Below, piece after piece: positions 40,386 through 53,525 of a stretch of DNA of 64,000 nucleotides. The position numbers and the translations under genes are program-made. The DNA is from Cetorhinus maximus (lineage: Eukaryota). How positions within the stretch are numbered: position 1 is the first letter of the stretch; each line of letters starts with the position of its first letter. The notes beneath the pieces are model-generated. The model was not told where the DNA came from, did no database searches, and saw only the letters and a list, made by a program, of their open reading frames with translations. The stretch is taken from positions 99,882,001-99,946,000 of the forward strand of contig NC_135888.1 in NCBI RefSeq assembly GCF_964194155.1. The letters run 5' to 3'.

Positions 40386-41159
40386 AAAAATTCAGTTTAC
40401 AGTCTGTTCAGTTTAACTTGTAAGTCTGAAATTACTTATTAGGAGCATGAGCATTTTTTAACCACCTGGAAAATTAACAAGTGACTACATCCATTTTAAG
40501 TCTTCATTAAAAAGTTTCCACAACCACTTTATATTTTTGATAAATTCTGATGCTGAATGGTTTGAATTAAGATCCTGAGGCTAAGCTCTGACTTGCGTCT
40601 TTCTTTTTGTATTGATATGGCTGGAATTATGAAAGTGAAAGCTAGAGATATTTGAATTAAAACCTATAAATATGCATTCAAAGACTGATAGTTGAGGAGA
40701 AGCAGGAGGTGGTTCTTTTCACATTTAATCATTGATTTTTAATTTAAAAAAACACATAGTAAACACATTTGTGTAAAGTAGTGGTATGGAAAAGCGTAAA
40801 GAGAAACATTTTCGCGGGGGGAGGACAGTCAAGTAAAGTGTAGTAATTTGAGGGTGGAACTTATTAGTTATGACCTTGTCCAGTCTTCAGTTGAATTTTT
40901 TTATAAAAAGGCATATTTGAGAATCTGACACATTCTGGATATTACTTCCGGTCATTGAGCATTCTGGAAGTACTTCATGTGGAAAATATCAAACACCAGG
41001 AAGTTTGAGTTTGGTGCAAGTGGTGTTTGTTCTGCTATAGAGCAGGTCTGAACTGCAGTCTTGAGTTTTTTTGTTACTTATCAGGGAAGACCAGCTAAGA
41101 TGGGTTTCCCACTGCCCTTGTAACAGTTTTAATTTGAGTACCTTCCCCTAAATGTACAA

Positions 41160-41590
41160 ATTAGGAGCAGGAGTAGACCATAAAGCCCCTTGAGCTGGTT
41201 CTGTATTCAGTACAATCATGGCTGATCTTCTGCCTAAACTCCACTTTCCCACCCATTTCCCCCATAATCCCTTGATTCCTTAGAGACACCAAAGATCTCA
41301 CAATCTCAGCCCCAAATATAGTCAACGATAATGCATTCATATCCCCCTGCAAAGAGAAATCTGAAGATTCACAATCCTCTAAAGAATTTTCTCCTGTGAG
41401 TCCTAACTGATCGATCCCTTATTCTGAGATTTTTTGCTGTGTTCTAGATTTCCCCAGCCAGGGAGAATAACCTCTCATTTTTCTAAACTCCAGAGAATAT
41501 AGGCCCAATTTACTTAGCCTCTAATCATAGGAGAACACTCTCATCCAAGGAATGAATTTAGTGGACCTTGGGTCTAGAGCCTCCAACGCA
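41160..41590 (-). mobile_element. CR1 LINE 3' fragment
   Basis: aaattaggagcaggagtagaccat..atcatggctgatct..ttctaaactccagagaatataggccca. Confidence 0.8.
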
Positions 41591-42834
41591 AGCCATAAGT
41601 GGGCTGCAACTAAAGCTTAAATAGCCCAGCCTCTCTTGATGGGCACTAGCTGCTTAAACCCATCAGATCTGGGCTGGATATCAATCCAGTTTTTAAGAGC
41701 TGGTGCTTTAAGTCTGTTTGCAGTGGGGCCCTGAACCCAACCCATCTGATGCAGAGGCAAGAATAGGATCATTGAGCTCTGGTCAATCAATCTAGAGGCA
41801 AGTACTCTTCTGCATCAACCTACTATTGAGACCATATTTTAATCACTTGGTGTAGCTGTCTGGAGTGAGGCTTTCTGGTTGAGAAATACTGCAGCTAATC
41901 CAAGGGCTTTGTCTGTGTCCTGTGCATCTGGTGTTACATGGTTTTTTTTTCCCCCCCCTTGAAGTACAACCACCCCAATAGAAAAAAATTGTTCACAAGC
42001 TATCAAAAACATCTTGAAGATAGCTAACTCTCTTCCCAATTCTGATTACATGACAAACAGCAAAACTTAGCAAAGCTGGAGGTGTTTTACAATAGGAAAT
42101 ACCAGGGTAGGATAGAGGCAGTTGGCTTTTCAAAATGTTGGACTGTTCCATTGCACACAATGGTTGCTGGATCTAGCACTTGTACTTCCCTTATTTCCTT
42201 ACATCTCTGCCACCTTCTTACCTTTCACCCAGTTATGCTTCTTACATCAGCACAGCTCCTGCCAACAAATTGTCCCATCCCCTCCCTGCTCTTATTCCTC
42301 CTGGATTCGCTCAGTGCCCCTTTCTGCCTCGAGTTGGGCATCTGCCACTATCATAGTAACACCTGCTGCAAGCTCCATCCCAGTTGCCATCCTAATTGAC
42401 TTCAATCTAGAGAATATTTTGTGACATCTGGCTCTGACTGAACTTTGGTTCACTACTGATTCTTGCCCCCTCGCAGATCAGAGCAGCAAAGCATGTGATA
42501 GTGGCTTTTGCCCTCGCTTCATTTGGTTGAAAGATGTGTATTACCCTTCCTATTTCACTTTTTTAAAAGAAATTTGCATTTGTACAGCACCTTTCACAAC
42601 CTTAGTATGTCCCAAAGTACTTTACATCCAATTAAATACTTTTGGAGCAACTTAAATGTAGGAAAGGCAACAGCCAATTGTGGCAAAGCAAGCTTACACA
42701 AACTGGTGAGAATCACCAGGTAATATAAATTTGACAAATAAATAAAAACTTCTAGATTTATTTTTTAAAAAATAGACTTCCATTGTGGCAAAGGGCTGAA
42801 TGGATGTAACTTTTATCATCCAGTTAAAAGGATA

Positions 42835-43085
42835 GTATCAGTAATGGTGGCCATGAAACTGTTGGATTGTTGTAAAAACCCATCTGGTTCATTAGTCATC
42901 TTTGGGGAAGGAAATATGCCATTCTTACCCAGTCCCATATGTGACTACAAACATACAGCAATGTAGTTGACTGCCTTCTGAAATGGCCTTGCAAGGTATT
43001 CCTCCACCCTTAAAGGGTGGAATTGGAGATGGGCAATAAATGCTAGCCTTCCCAGTGGCACTGATTCCCATGAATACATTTTTAA
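42835..43085 (+). mobile_element. Partial tRNA-type SINE of the family seen at 49043-49419
   Basis: gtaaaaacccatctggttca..gaaggaaat..gatgggcaataaatgctagcc. Confidence 0.7.
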
Positions 43086-45094
43086 AAGATCCACTTGAGT
43101 GGTTAGAAAGGGGCCTTAGTGTAACAGTTAATCCAAAAGGCAGCACCTCCAACAGCGAAGCACTCAATCAGTACTGAGCTGATATGTCAGCCTAGATTTT
43201 GTGTTCAAATTTTGGGAGTGGGACTTGAAATGGTAACCTTCTGACTTAAAGGTGAGAGTGCTTTCTTCTGTAGGAAGCAAGTATGCTCATGCATGACTCA
43301 TTACAGGCATTACATGTCTTTTGTTCACACGTCTGCAGTAAAACACAGAGTTCATCATTGGCCCCTTCCTTTTCATATCTACATGCTACCTCTTGGTAAA
43401 ATTTCCCTGAACCAAAGGGCCAGTTTCCAAACATTTGCTTATGATGCCCACCCCTCTTGCAGTCGTCTTCATTAGCCCAAATGTTTTTTGTCATGTTCTC
43501 AAATTCTTTGTCCAATATCAAGATATGAATGAGACAAATCTTTCTCTAGTTGGATATAGGACAGGTTGAGGCTTTATCAACACTTTGGTGCTCTAGTCTT
43601 TATTTGAACAACCGTAGTCTCATGTAGAATTGGGAACTGTTACCATGACAGTCAAGTTGAATCGGAATTCCTCCCCTCCCTCAACCCCCATAATATTCCA
43701 TGCTTTTTGCCCTCATCTGTCCCTTCTGCTGATACCTGAGTCCATTGACTTCATCAATGCCCTCCTAATTGCTTCCACAAACTTGCATTCACACCTCTCC
43801 GTGTTCAATGTGTCAATTTTTAACGTTCTCAGCCATTTATTTCGGATCTCTAGGGCCTCATCCCATCCTATTTCAGTGATCTCTTATGATCACATTTTCA
43901 AACTCTGGTTTTCTAATGCTGGATGCCGTTTCACTTTAGAAAGGGTGGTCTCTTGTAAAGCCTCAATGCTTCTGCAATTTACAACTCTACTCAATTCTCT
44001 ACCTAGCCATCTCGCTGCATGCTTTCATGACCTTTCTCTTCAACCATGCCGTTGGTGACCATTCCTCTTTCCTCCTTTATTGTAATGTGCTCTTATAAGT
44101 TGTCCAGGTGTGAGAAGTACTACGTAAATGGAGGTTCTTGGTAGCTGTGTTTTAGTAGTGCTGCCCTGACTAACTGCACAGATCACAAATTGAACTTGAT
44201 GTTTTCCTAGTTTGTCATAGATGCATATTGCATAAGTTACAAACCTATAAGGGGATTTTGATATTACAGCATAATGTTCTGACTACAGAGGAACTTAAGC
44301 CTGGGTAAATTGCTTTGGGATATCCTGATGTAGTGCAAATTACTATATAAATGCACTTTTAGTAACCATATTCTGCCTGAATAGAAGCTAGTGGATTGAA
44401 GTGCAATGGATTGCCCCAGGAAGGTGACCACAATTATGGTTTTATATTATTCTCATTACATCTAATCCCTTAAACATAAACATAAAGTTTACAACCTCAG
44501 TCATATGCCTAGGTCAAGCTGAAAAGCTGAACGCTTCAATAGGAGAAGACACTGAAGAGATGAGCAAATTTCATCTGTGTGTGTCCTATTGCCTGATTGT
44601 ATCTTTTTGGTTTACACAATATAACATCCCTAGCTAAGAAAATAGGCAACCTATCCCGCATCAGTAATTATTTAACACTTAAAACTGGAAATATTAGAGA
44701 CTAAGAGCGTAAATCTCAATCCAGCATTCATTTCCATCGGTTGCTCTGTTTAAAGGCATGAGACCTACACTTACAAAATAACCTATCTGACATTGTTTTG
44801 CAGGTTACTACGAAATGGTTAAAGAAAAAGTCAACAGTTTTATTCATATAGTTTCATTCTACCTAATATTTGAAAATATAGTGGAACAGAATTTAGTCAG
44901 TTAATTTGTCTGGTCAAACAGCTGTATCCAAAAACACTATTAAGCATGGCTTGAATATAATGTTGAAAAAGCAAAGGATAAGACTGTTGAAAAACATCTT
45001 TCTGCTGCACAAATCCATCAAAAAAAGGTTCAGAAATGTCTTCAGGTGAATTAAAAAAAAATAGAATTCCCCTATTAACTTTTCATGACATTTA

Positions 45095-45360
45095 AGAGGC
45101 AACCATATTGCTGTGGATTTGAAGTCATATGTAGGCCAGGCAAGGACAGCAGATTTCCTTCCCTAAAGGTTATGAGTGAACCAGATGGCTTTTTACAACA
45201 ATTGATGACAGCTTCATGGTTACCATTACTGAGACTAGCTTTATATTCCAGATTTATTAATTGAATTTAAATTCCACCAGCTGCTGTGGTGGGATTTGAA
45301 CCTGTGTCCATTAGCTTGGATTACTAACCCATGACATTACCACTACACCACTATCTCTCC
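45095..45360 (-). mobile_element. SINE of the same family, including the tRNA-like head
   Basis: agatttccttccctaaagg..gtgaaccagatgg..gtgggatttgaacc..cattaccactacaccact. Confidence 0.75.
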
Positions 45361-46552
45361 GTAAATTACTGTCATTTCATTCTGAAATGTTATCTAAATA
45401 TTTAATCACCAGGGAACCTACAGTATATTTTGGGGAAATCAAAGATTGAGCTAGTAAATGGTACTATTCCACATCAGTTACTATTGTATAATATGCAGTC
45501 TCTGCTGCTTATAGCAGATGCTTTGGTGCTAACCCTGCTATTTCCCTGCTATACGTGTTAAAAGGAAAACATGGCCACCAATTAATGATTGATGCCTGAG
45601 CCTTGAGAGAGTGAGCATTTGAGTGTGGGAATATCCAATTATTGCCCAAGGCTTATGCACCTCTTGTTTTCAGTGGGAGCGCTACACATGTCCGACAACA
45701 AACTCATGGTGTTTGGTAGCTGAGATTCCACTCGGTGCAAGTTTGAGAGAAGAACCGGCATTTGAACTACAGAGGAAGATTTGGCATGGTGAGTGAGATG
45801 AATCGGCGTTTGAAGATGAGGTTTTTTCCAGATCAGGGGGGAAAAAAAAACCACAACAGTTCTGGGAGAGATTGAACCAGTATGAGGATTCAGAGCAAAG
45901 AAAAGGGAAGGAGATCTGAGAGGTGAGAAAAAAGACCACCATGAAACAATAACTAGATAAATTCATCAAATAATCTCATACTTAAATCAATAAAACATCA
46001 ACTGTATATTTATTAAAGAAACATATTTATTGAATTGATCAACTATTGAGCAAATGCCTGTTTCTGCCTGAAATACATGTTTAACATACTGTAATTTAAT
46101 GGAAAATGATTAGTGCTTTTTGGTTGATTTTTGTGTAGATGAATTTTAAATAAATGGAGATAGTGAAAAAAATAAAATTGATATTGGGAAGAACTTAATT
46201 AGAATGTTTGAAGTAATTGCCATGTGAGATGTATTAGGGGTAAAAATACTGGTGTCATACAATTATACGCAACAATTATGCGAAAGTTTGTGCACCATTG
46301 ACGGACAGAAAGATCTTTTCTGAATCCTGACTTTCCTAGTATACCTAGATTTAATTTGGGCTGCATAAATGTGAATACAAACCTAAACACCTGAGGGACA
46401 CTACAAAGAGCTTATTGATCCTATTACTATTCTACTATTTTACATTTGCACAGTCTACAAACCTGAGTGCATTCACATTGAGCTCATTACTCAGACATAA
46501 TTCATGAGCATTGCGCATGTGATGTCTTCAGTAGATGGTAAGCAAATCTTAA

Positions 46553-46687
46553 AGTTCTGTTGAAGAGTCATGCGGACTTGAAACGTTAACTGTGTTCCTC
46601 TCCGCAGATGCTGTCAGACCTGCTGAGTTTTTCCAGGTATTTTTATTTTTGTTTTGGATTTCCAGCATCTGCAGTTTTTTGCTTTTA
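46553..46687 (+). mobile_element. Penelope pLTR 3' fragment starting at a hammerhead-like motif (46553-46591)
   Basis: agtt CTGTTGA a gagtc atgcg gactt GAAAC GTT aact. The remainder is nearly identical to 29120-29213. Confidence 0.85.
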
Positions 46688-47882
46688 AAATATTCCTTGT
46701 TTTATTTGAACATTTGATTGTATATCTATGACAAAATGGATATTGAGCTCTTTTGATGTTTTAGCTTAATGCACTAAGCAGCTGAGCCATATGGAATCCA
46801 CCCCCCAATCTCCAACTCCAGAAAAAGCCTCGGGTCTGATTCCCATTTTGAGCTGATTTAACTGATTTTAGCTGGGTGCACGCTATATTTGGCTTCAGCA
46901 CTTTTGAGTCAGAGGTGAAAAGTGACTAGGATTCCTCCTTCTGATCACTGTCAAGCAATTCCTTTCAAAGGAAATGTGTGGATGTTGAGCAAGTACAGGA
47001 TTGGCCCAGCTTCAAGGTTTCTAACACCTGCCAATACTCACTGTCTGGAGTCATATAATAATATGATCCGTTGGGCAAGGTGCCGAAGGGAAACTGGAAT
47101 TGGATTCATCAAGAAGTCAGTGCCTCGAGAGAAATGGGGAGATTACTGGTGAGAAAAGTACTGGGTATTTGACTGATATTTGTTAATACATATGCAAATT
47201 AATGGCCTGCCATGAGTTTACATATTAAAATACATTACACAGTAGTCAGTTTCTCAGGGAAGTTAAAATATATATTCAAACGTTTTTAAAATGTGCCTAT
47301 TAGCTTAAAAACAAGCTTAATTTTTAGAGGTTCCTTGAAGGCTTGCAAATGAGTGCAATTAGGAGAAACTTTCAATAGTGATTAATTCGACCTGAGTGAG
47401 TAGCCAGTTTTGTGTGAGGGATGTTTTTGAGCGTGATGTTTTTAGACTAGCACAAAAGATTGCAGAAATTTGAGAGCTACACTAAACGTAATTTGCTCAT
47501 AAATTAATGTGATTCTTTGCACTGGTTTGACTGATTTTGGCTGAATTGTGCCCAAAATATCAGTGCAACCGAGGAAAAATTCCAGACCCTTATGTTCTTG
47601 CAGTGAATCATGATAAATAGAACTAATTGGAAACATAACCGGCAACAAAGACCGGAAGTAAATTGGTTTTGGAAGTAAAAGTTTGTATCAGTAGTGGAGG
47701 CCAACAACTTCTCAAATCAGAGACCTAACAGTAATGTTAGTAGCCAATGTAACTGTGTTGCAGTTAGACTCGCGCACTCTAAGATTCTGATGGATAAAAT
47801 GGCTAAATTTTAATAAATGGATCTCTTAAATTCCTCCTTGGCTGTTGTGCTCCAGTAATGCTTTTGGTGACATTGTCTATTT

Positions 47883-48180
47883 AACAACAACTTGTATTTA
47901 TATAACCTCTTTAATGTGGTAAAACATCCCAAAATGTGCTTCAGAGGGGCATTATAAAACAAAATATGACATCGAGCTACATTAGGAGGAATAGGGCAGA
48001 AGAGAGGTTTTAAGGAGTGTCTTATTGGAGCAAAGTGAGGTAGGGAGATGGAGAAGTTTAGGGAGGTATTTCCAGAGCTCAGGGCCTAAGCAGCTGACGG
48101 CACCACTTTAGGCCAACCGAAGAAAGCAAACAACCAGCTGCAAGCAATGGTGGAGCAATTAAAATCAGAGATGCTGATTT
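47883..48180 (-). mobile_element. L2-type 3' tail
   Basis: aacaacaacttgtatttatata..ttttaaggagtgtctta..ttccagagctcagggcctaagcagctga is the reverse of the 8720-8978 family. Confidence 0.7.
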
Positions 48181-49042
48181 GCAACCAGGTTGTGTAATAA
48201 TTGCTAGCTAATTACAGAATTGGGTACTGACTTTGCTGTATTATGTACTGCAAAACTTGCTTTGATTGCACATCACAAATAAAGGTGGTGAAACCTAATC
48301 ATTGGTAAATGTGCCAAAAGTTGTACATCATGAAAGCAAATGAGTCCGTTCATAACAAGTCAAAGTAAAAATGGTCCCAAAGATGACACAGATTATGAAG
48401 TACAAACCTGGCTTGATGGTACTAATTTATGATTTAAAGCAACGTAGTCCAATAGAAATGGCTGATTAGCAATTGGCATGGCTTCGGAGGCACTATTTTG
48501 CTTTTCACGTTTTATACTTGCTTAACAAACATCCATCACCAAGCAGTGCGAACTTTGCAGATTTCCTTTTTCACTGAAGCTTGGAATTCTAGCATGAATT
48601 CTAGCAATGTGGTTGACTCTGAAATGGTGTGGCAAGCCACTCAATTTGATGGCAATTAGGGATCGGCAACAAATGCTGGCTTTACCAGCAATGCCTACAT
48701 CCAATGAAAGAATAAGGGGAAAAAAAGAAAAATTGTCAGAAACAGCGCATCATAAAGCACCTTCTTGCCTAGCAATTGGGAGCATTACTTTGACTTCATC
48801 AGAGTAATTACTGTGAATATTGGCTTAATGAGCTTATTCCATGCCTATTGTCATACGTTCCGGTTGGTATTGGTTGGACTGGCTTTCCTTGGCTGGTGGA
48901 CAGTAGTTATTACAATCCATCGAGCTGACCACAATGCTTCCCTTTCCTTAGTGTTACAGGTGTTTTCACCGTGCTGGAGATGACATGCCTAATAATGGTA
49001 TCTGTTGCATAATTTTTATTTACTAATCAGAAATACAATTAG

Positions 49043-49419
49043 AGGAGACAGTGGCGCAGTGGTGATGTCACTGGAGTAGTATCCCAGGCCCAGGCTAATG
49101 CTCTGGGAACACTGGTGGAATTTTAAATTCAATTTATAAAATCTGGAATTGAAAGCTAGCCTCAGTAATGGTAACCATGAAATTATCATTGAGTGTCATA
49201 AAAACCCATCTGGTTCACTTCCCCTTTAGGGAAAGAAATCTTCCATCCTTACCTGATCTAGCTTGCATGTGACTCCAGATCTACAGTAATGTGGTTGACT
49301 CTTAACTACCCTCTGAAATGGCCTAGCAAACCACTGAGTTCAAGGGCAATTAGGAATGGGCAGCAAATCCTGGCCTTGCCAATGATCCAATGAAAGAGTA
49401 AATTTAAAAAAAAAAAAAA
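49043..49419 (+). mobile_element. Near full-length tRNA-headed SINE with LINE-derived 3' tail and A-run
   Basis: A-box-like gtggcgcagtgg at the 5' end, central aaaacccatctggttcact, tail aagggcaattaggaatgggcagcaaatcctggcc, then an A-run. Confidence 0.75.
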
Positions 49420-50049
49420 TCTGGATTCTCAGTTAAATGGCGACGGCTGACCTTTTGACAGGTAAGGCATTATCCAACCAAGCTTGAATGTTAACCACGA
49501 AAGCTTCTCCCTAGACATCAATTGAAAATGCCAGACCTTGCGGAAATTAAAACGGTTTTTGGCTTGATGTTGTATTGTTACAAGTCTGTTGAATTTCAGA
49601 GCAGAAATCAGCAGTTGCAATTGAACACTATGCTACCTTGAATTTGACTTTGATGGTAGTTAAACATCCTACCAAATGTCTTACTGAAAACCCAGTTAGG
49701 TTTTTACAAGTTAAAGAAAGCTGAATCTTACCCAGAGCATTTTCTTTTGTAGCTAAATACATCTTTGTAGGATAAGGGCCACTACTGATCTGATGTCCTC
49801 CCATTGACCCCACAAACTGTGGCAGGATCAGGGTTGGAGGACATAGGAGGGGACCTGATCCAGCTGTGACCATCAGCAGCACGACACTATGCAATATCTG
49901 GCTGGACCAGAGTATTTCTCCAAACCTTTTGTACAAGCAAAAGATTTTATAGGAAGTTCTGTGGCATTGGATAGGGTAGTTTTTCCAGTTCTGTTACACA
50001 TACTTTTATCCTTATTACACCTAAAGAAGTGAGATCACATTTATTTATT

Positions 50050-51545
50050 TTTATTCTTTCATGGGATGTGGGCGTTGCTAGCTAGGCCAGCATTTATTTC
50101 CCATCCCTAATTATCTTGAGAAGGTGGTGGTGAGCGCCTTCTTGAACCGCTGCAGTCCATCTGGTGTGGGTACATCCAGAGTGCTGCTGGGAAGGGATTT
50201 CTAGGATTTTGACCAAGCAACAGCGAAGGAACAGTGATATAGATCCAAGTCAGGATGTTGTGTGGCTTGGAGGGGAGCTTGCAAGTGGTGGTTTTCCCAT
50301 GTATCTGCTGCTCATGTCCTAGGTGGTAGAGGTCGTGGGTTTGGAAAGTGCTGTTGAAGGATGCTTGATGAATTGCTGCAGTGCACCTTGTATATGGTAA
50401 ACACTGCTATCACTGTGCGTTGGTGGAGGGAGTGAATATTTAAGGTGATGGATAGGTGCCAATCAAATGAACTGCTTTGTCCTGATGGTGTTGAGCTTCT
50501 TGAGCCTTGGAGCTACAGTCATCCAGGCAAGTGGAGAGTATTCCATCACATTCCCCTTGAGCCTTGTAGATGGTGGACAGGCTATGGGGAGTGAGGAGGT
50601 GAGTTAGTCACTGTAGAATTACCAGCCTCTGACTTGCACTTGTAGCCACAGTATTCATATGGCTAGCCTAGTTCAGTTCCTGGTCAGTGGTACCCCTAGG
50701 ATGTTGATGGGGGGGTTCAGCAATGGTAATGCCATTGAACGCCGAGGGGAGATGGTTAGATTCTCTCTTGTTGAAGATGGTCATTGCCTGTCACTTGTGT
50801 GCTGTGAATGTTACTTGCTACTTATCAGCCCAAGCCGGAATGTTGTCTCGATCTTGCTAAATATGGACCTGGGCTGCTTCAGTATCTTGAGGAGTTGCAA
50901 ATGCTACTAAACTTTGCAATCATCAGCGAATATCCCCAGTTCTACCTTATGATAGAGGGAAGACCCGTGATGAAGCAGCTGAAGATGTCTGGGTTGAAGA
51001 CACTATCCTGAGGAGCTCCTGCAGTGATGTCCCAGGACTGAAATGATTAACCTTCCAATAACCACGATTAAGTTCCTTTGTGCTAGATATGATTCCAACT
51101 AGTGGAGAGTTTTCTCCCTGTTTCTCTGACTTCAATTTTGCTAGGGCTCCTTGATGCCACGCTCGGTCAAATGCTGTTTGATGTCAAGGGCAGTCACTCT
51201 CATCTCACCTCTGGAGTTCAGCTCTTTTGTCTATGTCTGGACAAAGGCTGTACTGAGTGGCCCTAGTGGAACCCAAAATCAGCATTAGTGAGCAGGTTAT
51301 TGCAGTGTAAGTGCCACTTGATAGCACTGTCAATGATACCTTCCATCACTTTGCTGACGATCGAAAGAAGACTGGAGCAGTAATTGGCTGGATTGGATTG
51401 TCCCTTTTGTAGGTGGGACACATCTGGGCAATTTTACACATTGTCAGGTAGATGCCAATATTGTGGCTGCACTGGAATAGCTTGGCTAGGAGTGTGGCTT
51501 ATTTTGGAGCACAAGACTTGGAGTATTACTGCCGGAATGTTGTCG
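50050..51545 (-). mobile_element. CR1/L2-group LINE, same family as 34115-36562, 5'-truncated
   Basis: Colinear reverse-complement similarity to 35200-36560, e.g. ctagggctccttgatgccac, aagggcagtcact and ggagttcagctcttttgt. Confidence 0.85.
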
Positions 51546-52329
51546 AGGTACAGATACGTAAATCAATAAAAATGGCAATGCACATTAAAAGGCCTTTTTA
51601 AGAAAAAAGACCGAATACAGGTTAATTTCTAGAGGGATAGAATTGAAAAGTAGAGAAGTTGCATTAAACTTATACAAAGCCTTTGTTAGGAAACACTTAA
51701 GAGTACTGTGCAGTTCTGGTTTCCATTATTTTTTTTGACAAAGATATAGAGGCACGGGAGAAGTGCAAAAGGATTTGCTAGGATGATAGCAGAACTCAAG
51801 AGTTTGGGGAGAAGACTCACATGGAGCATAAACATGGGCTTGGACCAATGGGTTGGTAAAATCAAATGTAACATCTAGAACTGAATAAAAATCAACTTGC
51901 CTTAATGATATGCCAGCATTTTAAAACTCTGATCCCACAAAGCACTGTGGACTTTAAATTGCTCCATTACAACTGTGTTGCAGCAGTCTTCTAAAAATGG
52001 AATTTTTGAGTTTGACCAGAGATAAGATTACAGCCAGGAAATGTTTAAATTTGACAGATAAAGTTGAAGTACTGTTGTTAAATCTGCCACTTTCAAAATT
52101 GTGTTTGGCAAAAGGAGGGTGAATACAATGGGTTCAAATCCCACCATGGCAGATGGTTAAATTTGAATTCAATAAAAATCTGGAATTAAAAGTCCACAAA
52201 ACCATTGTTGTAAAAAACCCATCTGGTTCAATTAAGGAAACCTGGTGTCCTTTCCAGACCCTGAACAAGGGCAACAAATGCTGGCCTAGCCAGAGGAATA
52301 GAGGAAACTATCCTATATTGGCAGAGGTA

Positions 52330-52845
52330 CAGAATATAAGAGCAGGGAGATTACGCTAGAACTGTCTACAGTTGTCATCACATTACATAAAGGATGTGAT
52401 TGCACCAGAGATTTGAGGATGCTGCCAGTAATGGAGAATTTTGTCCACGAGAAAAGATTAAATAGAAGGTTGTTTTCTTTGGAACAGAGGTTTGATTGAG
52501 GTGTATAAATTTGCAGGACCTAGATAGAATGGGTATAAAAAGCCTGTTTCTCTTTAAAGAAATAAATAACCAGGGAGTATAGATTTAAATTAAAAGAATT
52601 AGACAGGACTTGAGCAAAAATTTTTGGCAGTCTAGAACTCTCTACATGAAAGGGTTGTAGAGACTGAAACCCTTCTCGCATTTAAAAAGTACTTGGAAAT
52701 GCACTTGAAGTGCCATAATCTACAAGGCTATGGACCAAGAGCTGGAAAGTGGGATTAGGCTGGGTGGGTGGCTATTTTGCACCAGATCAGACACAATATA
52801 CCAAATGGCCTCTTTCTGTGCTTCAAATTTCTATGATTGTATGAA
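52330..52845 (+). mobile_element. CR1 LINE 3' fragment
   Basis: aaggatgtgattgcac..aaaaagtacttgga..aaggctatggaccaagagctggaaagtgggattag..ttctatgatt. Confidence 0.8.
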
Positions 52846-53169
52846 ACGGCTGCTGCTTTTACCAATCACTCATATATTTCTGCTTACCCTTGCCACTAAC
52901 TGCTAACCTTTATCCCTCTCGTCCCTTTCAGATCCTGAACCTTAGAGGGCTCAACAAGAACTGTGGAAGAGGAATACATCCCTCCAAAAGATGCAACATC
53001 ACTCAACTTTTAGCCAAGCAAGCAGCAGCTCTGAGACTAGCATCCCATGTAATGTGTAGAATAGAGAGGGCTGCACTGAGAAATTCATTGAGTACATGTG
53101 CAGGAGCAAAGACATTTGCTCTGAGCTCTTTTGAAGAAAGCCTCTCAATCTTTTGAGGCAGCAGAACCT

Positions 53170-53525
53170 TTCTCTTTTGTCTCTGAGTCAGAAGGTTGTG
53201 GTTTCAAACCCCACTCCAGAGACTTGAGCACATAACCTTGATGTAGTACCTGAGGAAATGCAAGACTTTTGGAGATCCTGTCTTTCAGATGAAATGTCAA
53301 AGTAGAGTCTCGTCTAAAAGATCCCATGGCATTATTAGAGGAAGAGCAGGGAAGTTCTGGTGCTCTGGCCAACATTTGTACCTCAGCCAACTGCACTGAA
53401 ACAGCTTAACTGATTGTTTATCACATTACTGTTTGTGGAGTCTTGCTATGTGCAAATTGGTTGTCTCATTTCCCTACATTACGATAGGGACTAACTACAC
53501 TTCAAAAGTACTTGATTGTGAAGAG
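53170..53525 (+). mobile_element. Deu-domain SINE (SacSINE1-like)
   Basis: ctgagtcagaaggttgtggtttcaaaccccactccagagacttgagcac..taaaagatcccatggcatt..gaagagcaggg. Confidence 0.7.

Noticed and set aside
45674-45788. Kelch-repeat (KLHL3) coding exon
   Set aside because: Spacing is wrong (YTCP versus YxP), there is no GG motif, and no compatible neighbouring coding exons were found. Kept only as a weak exon candidate.
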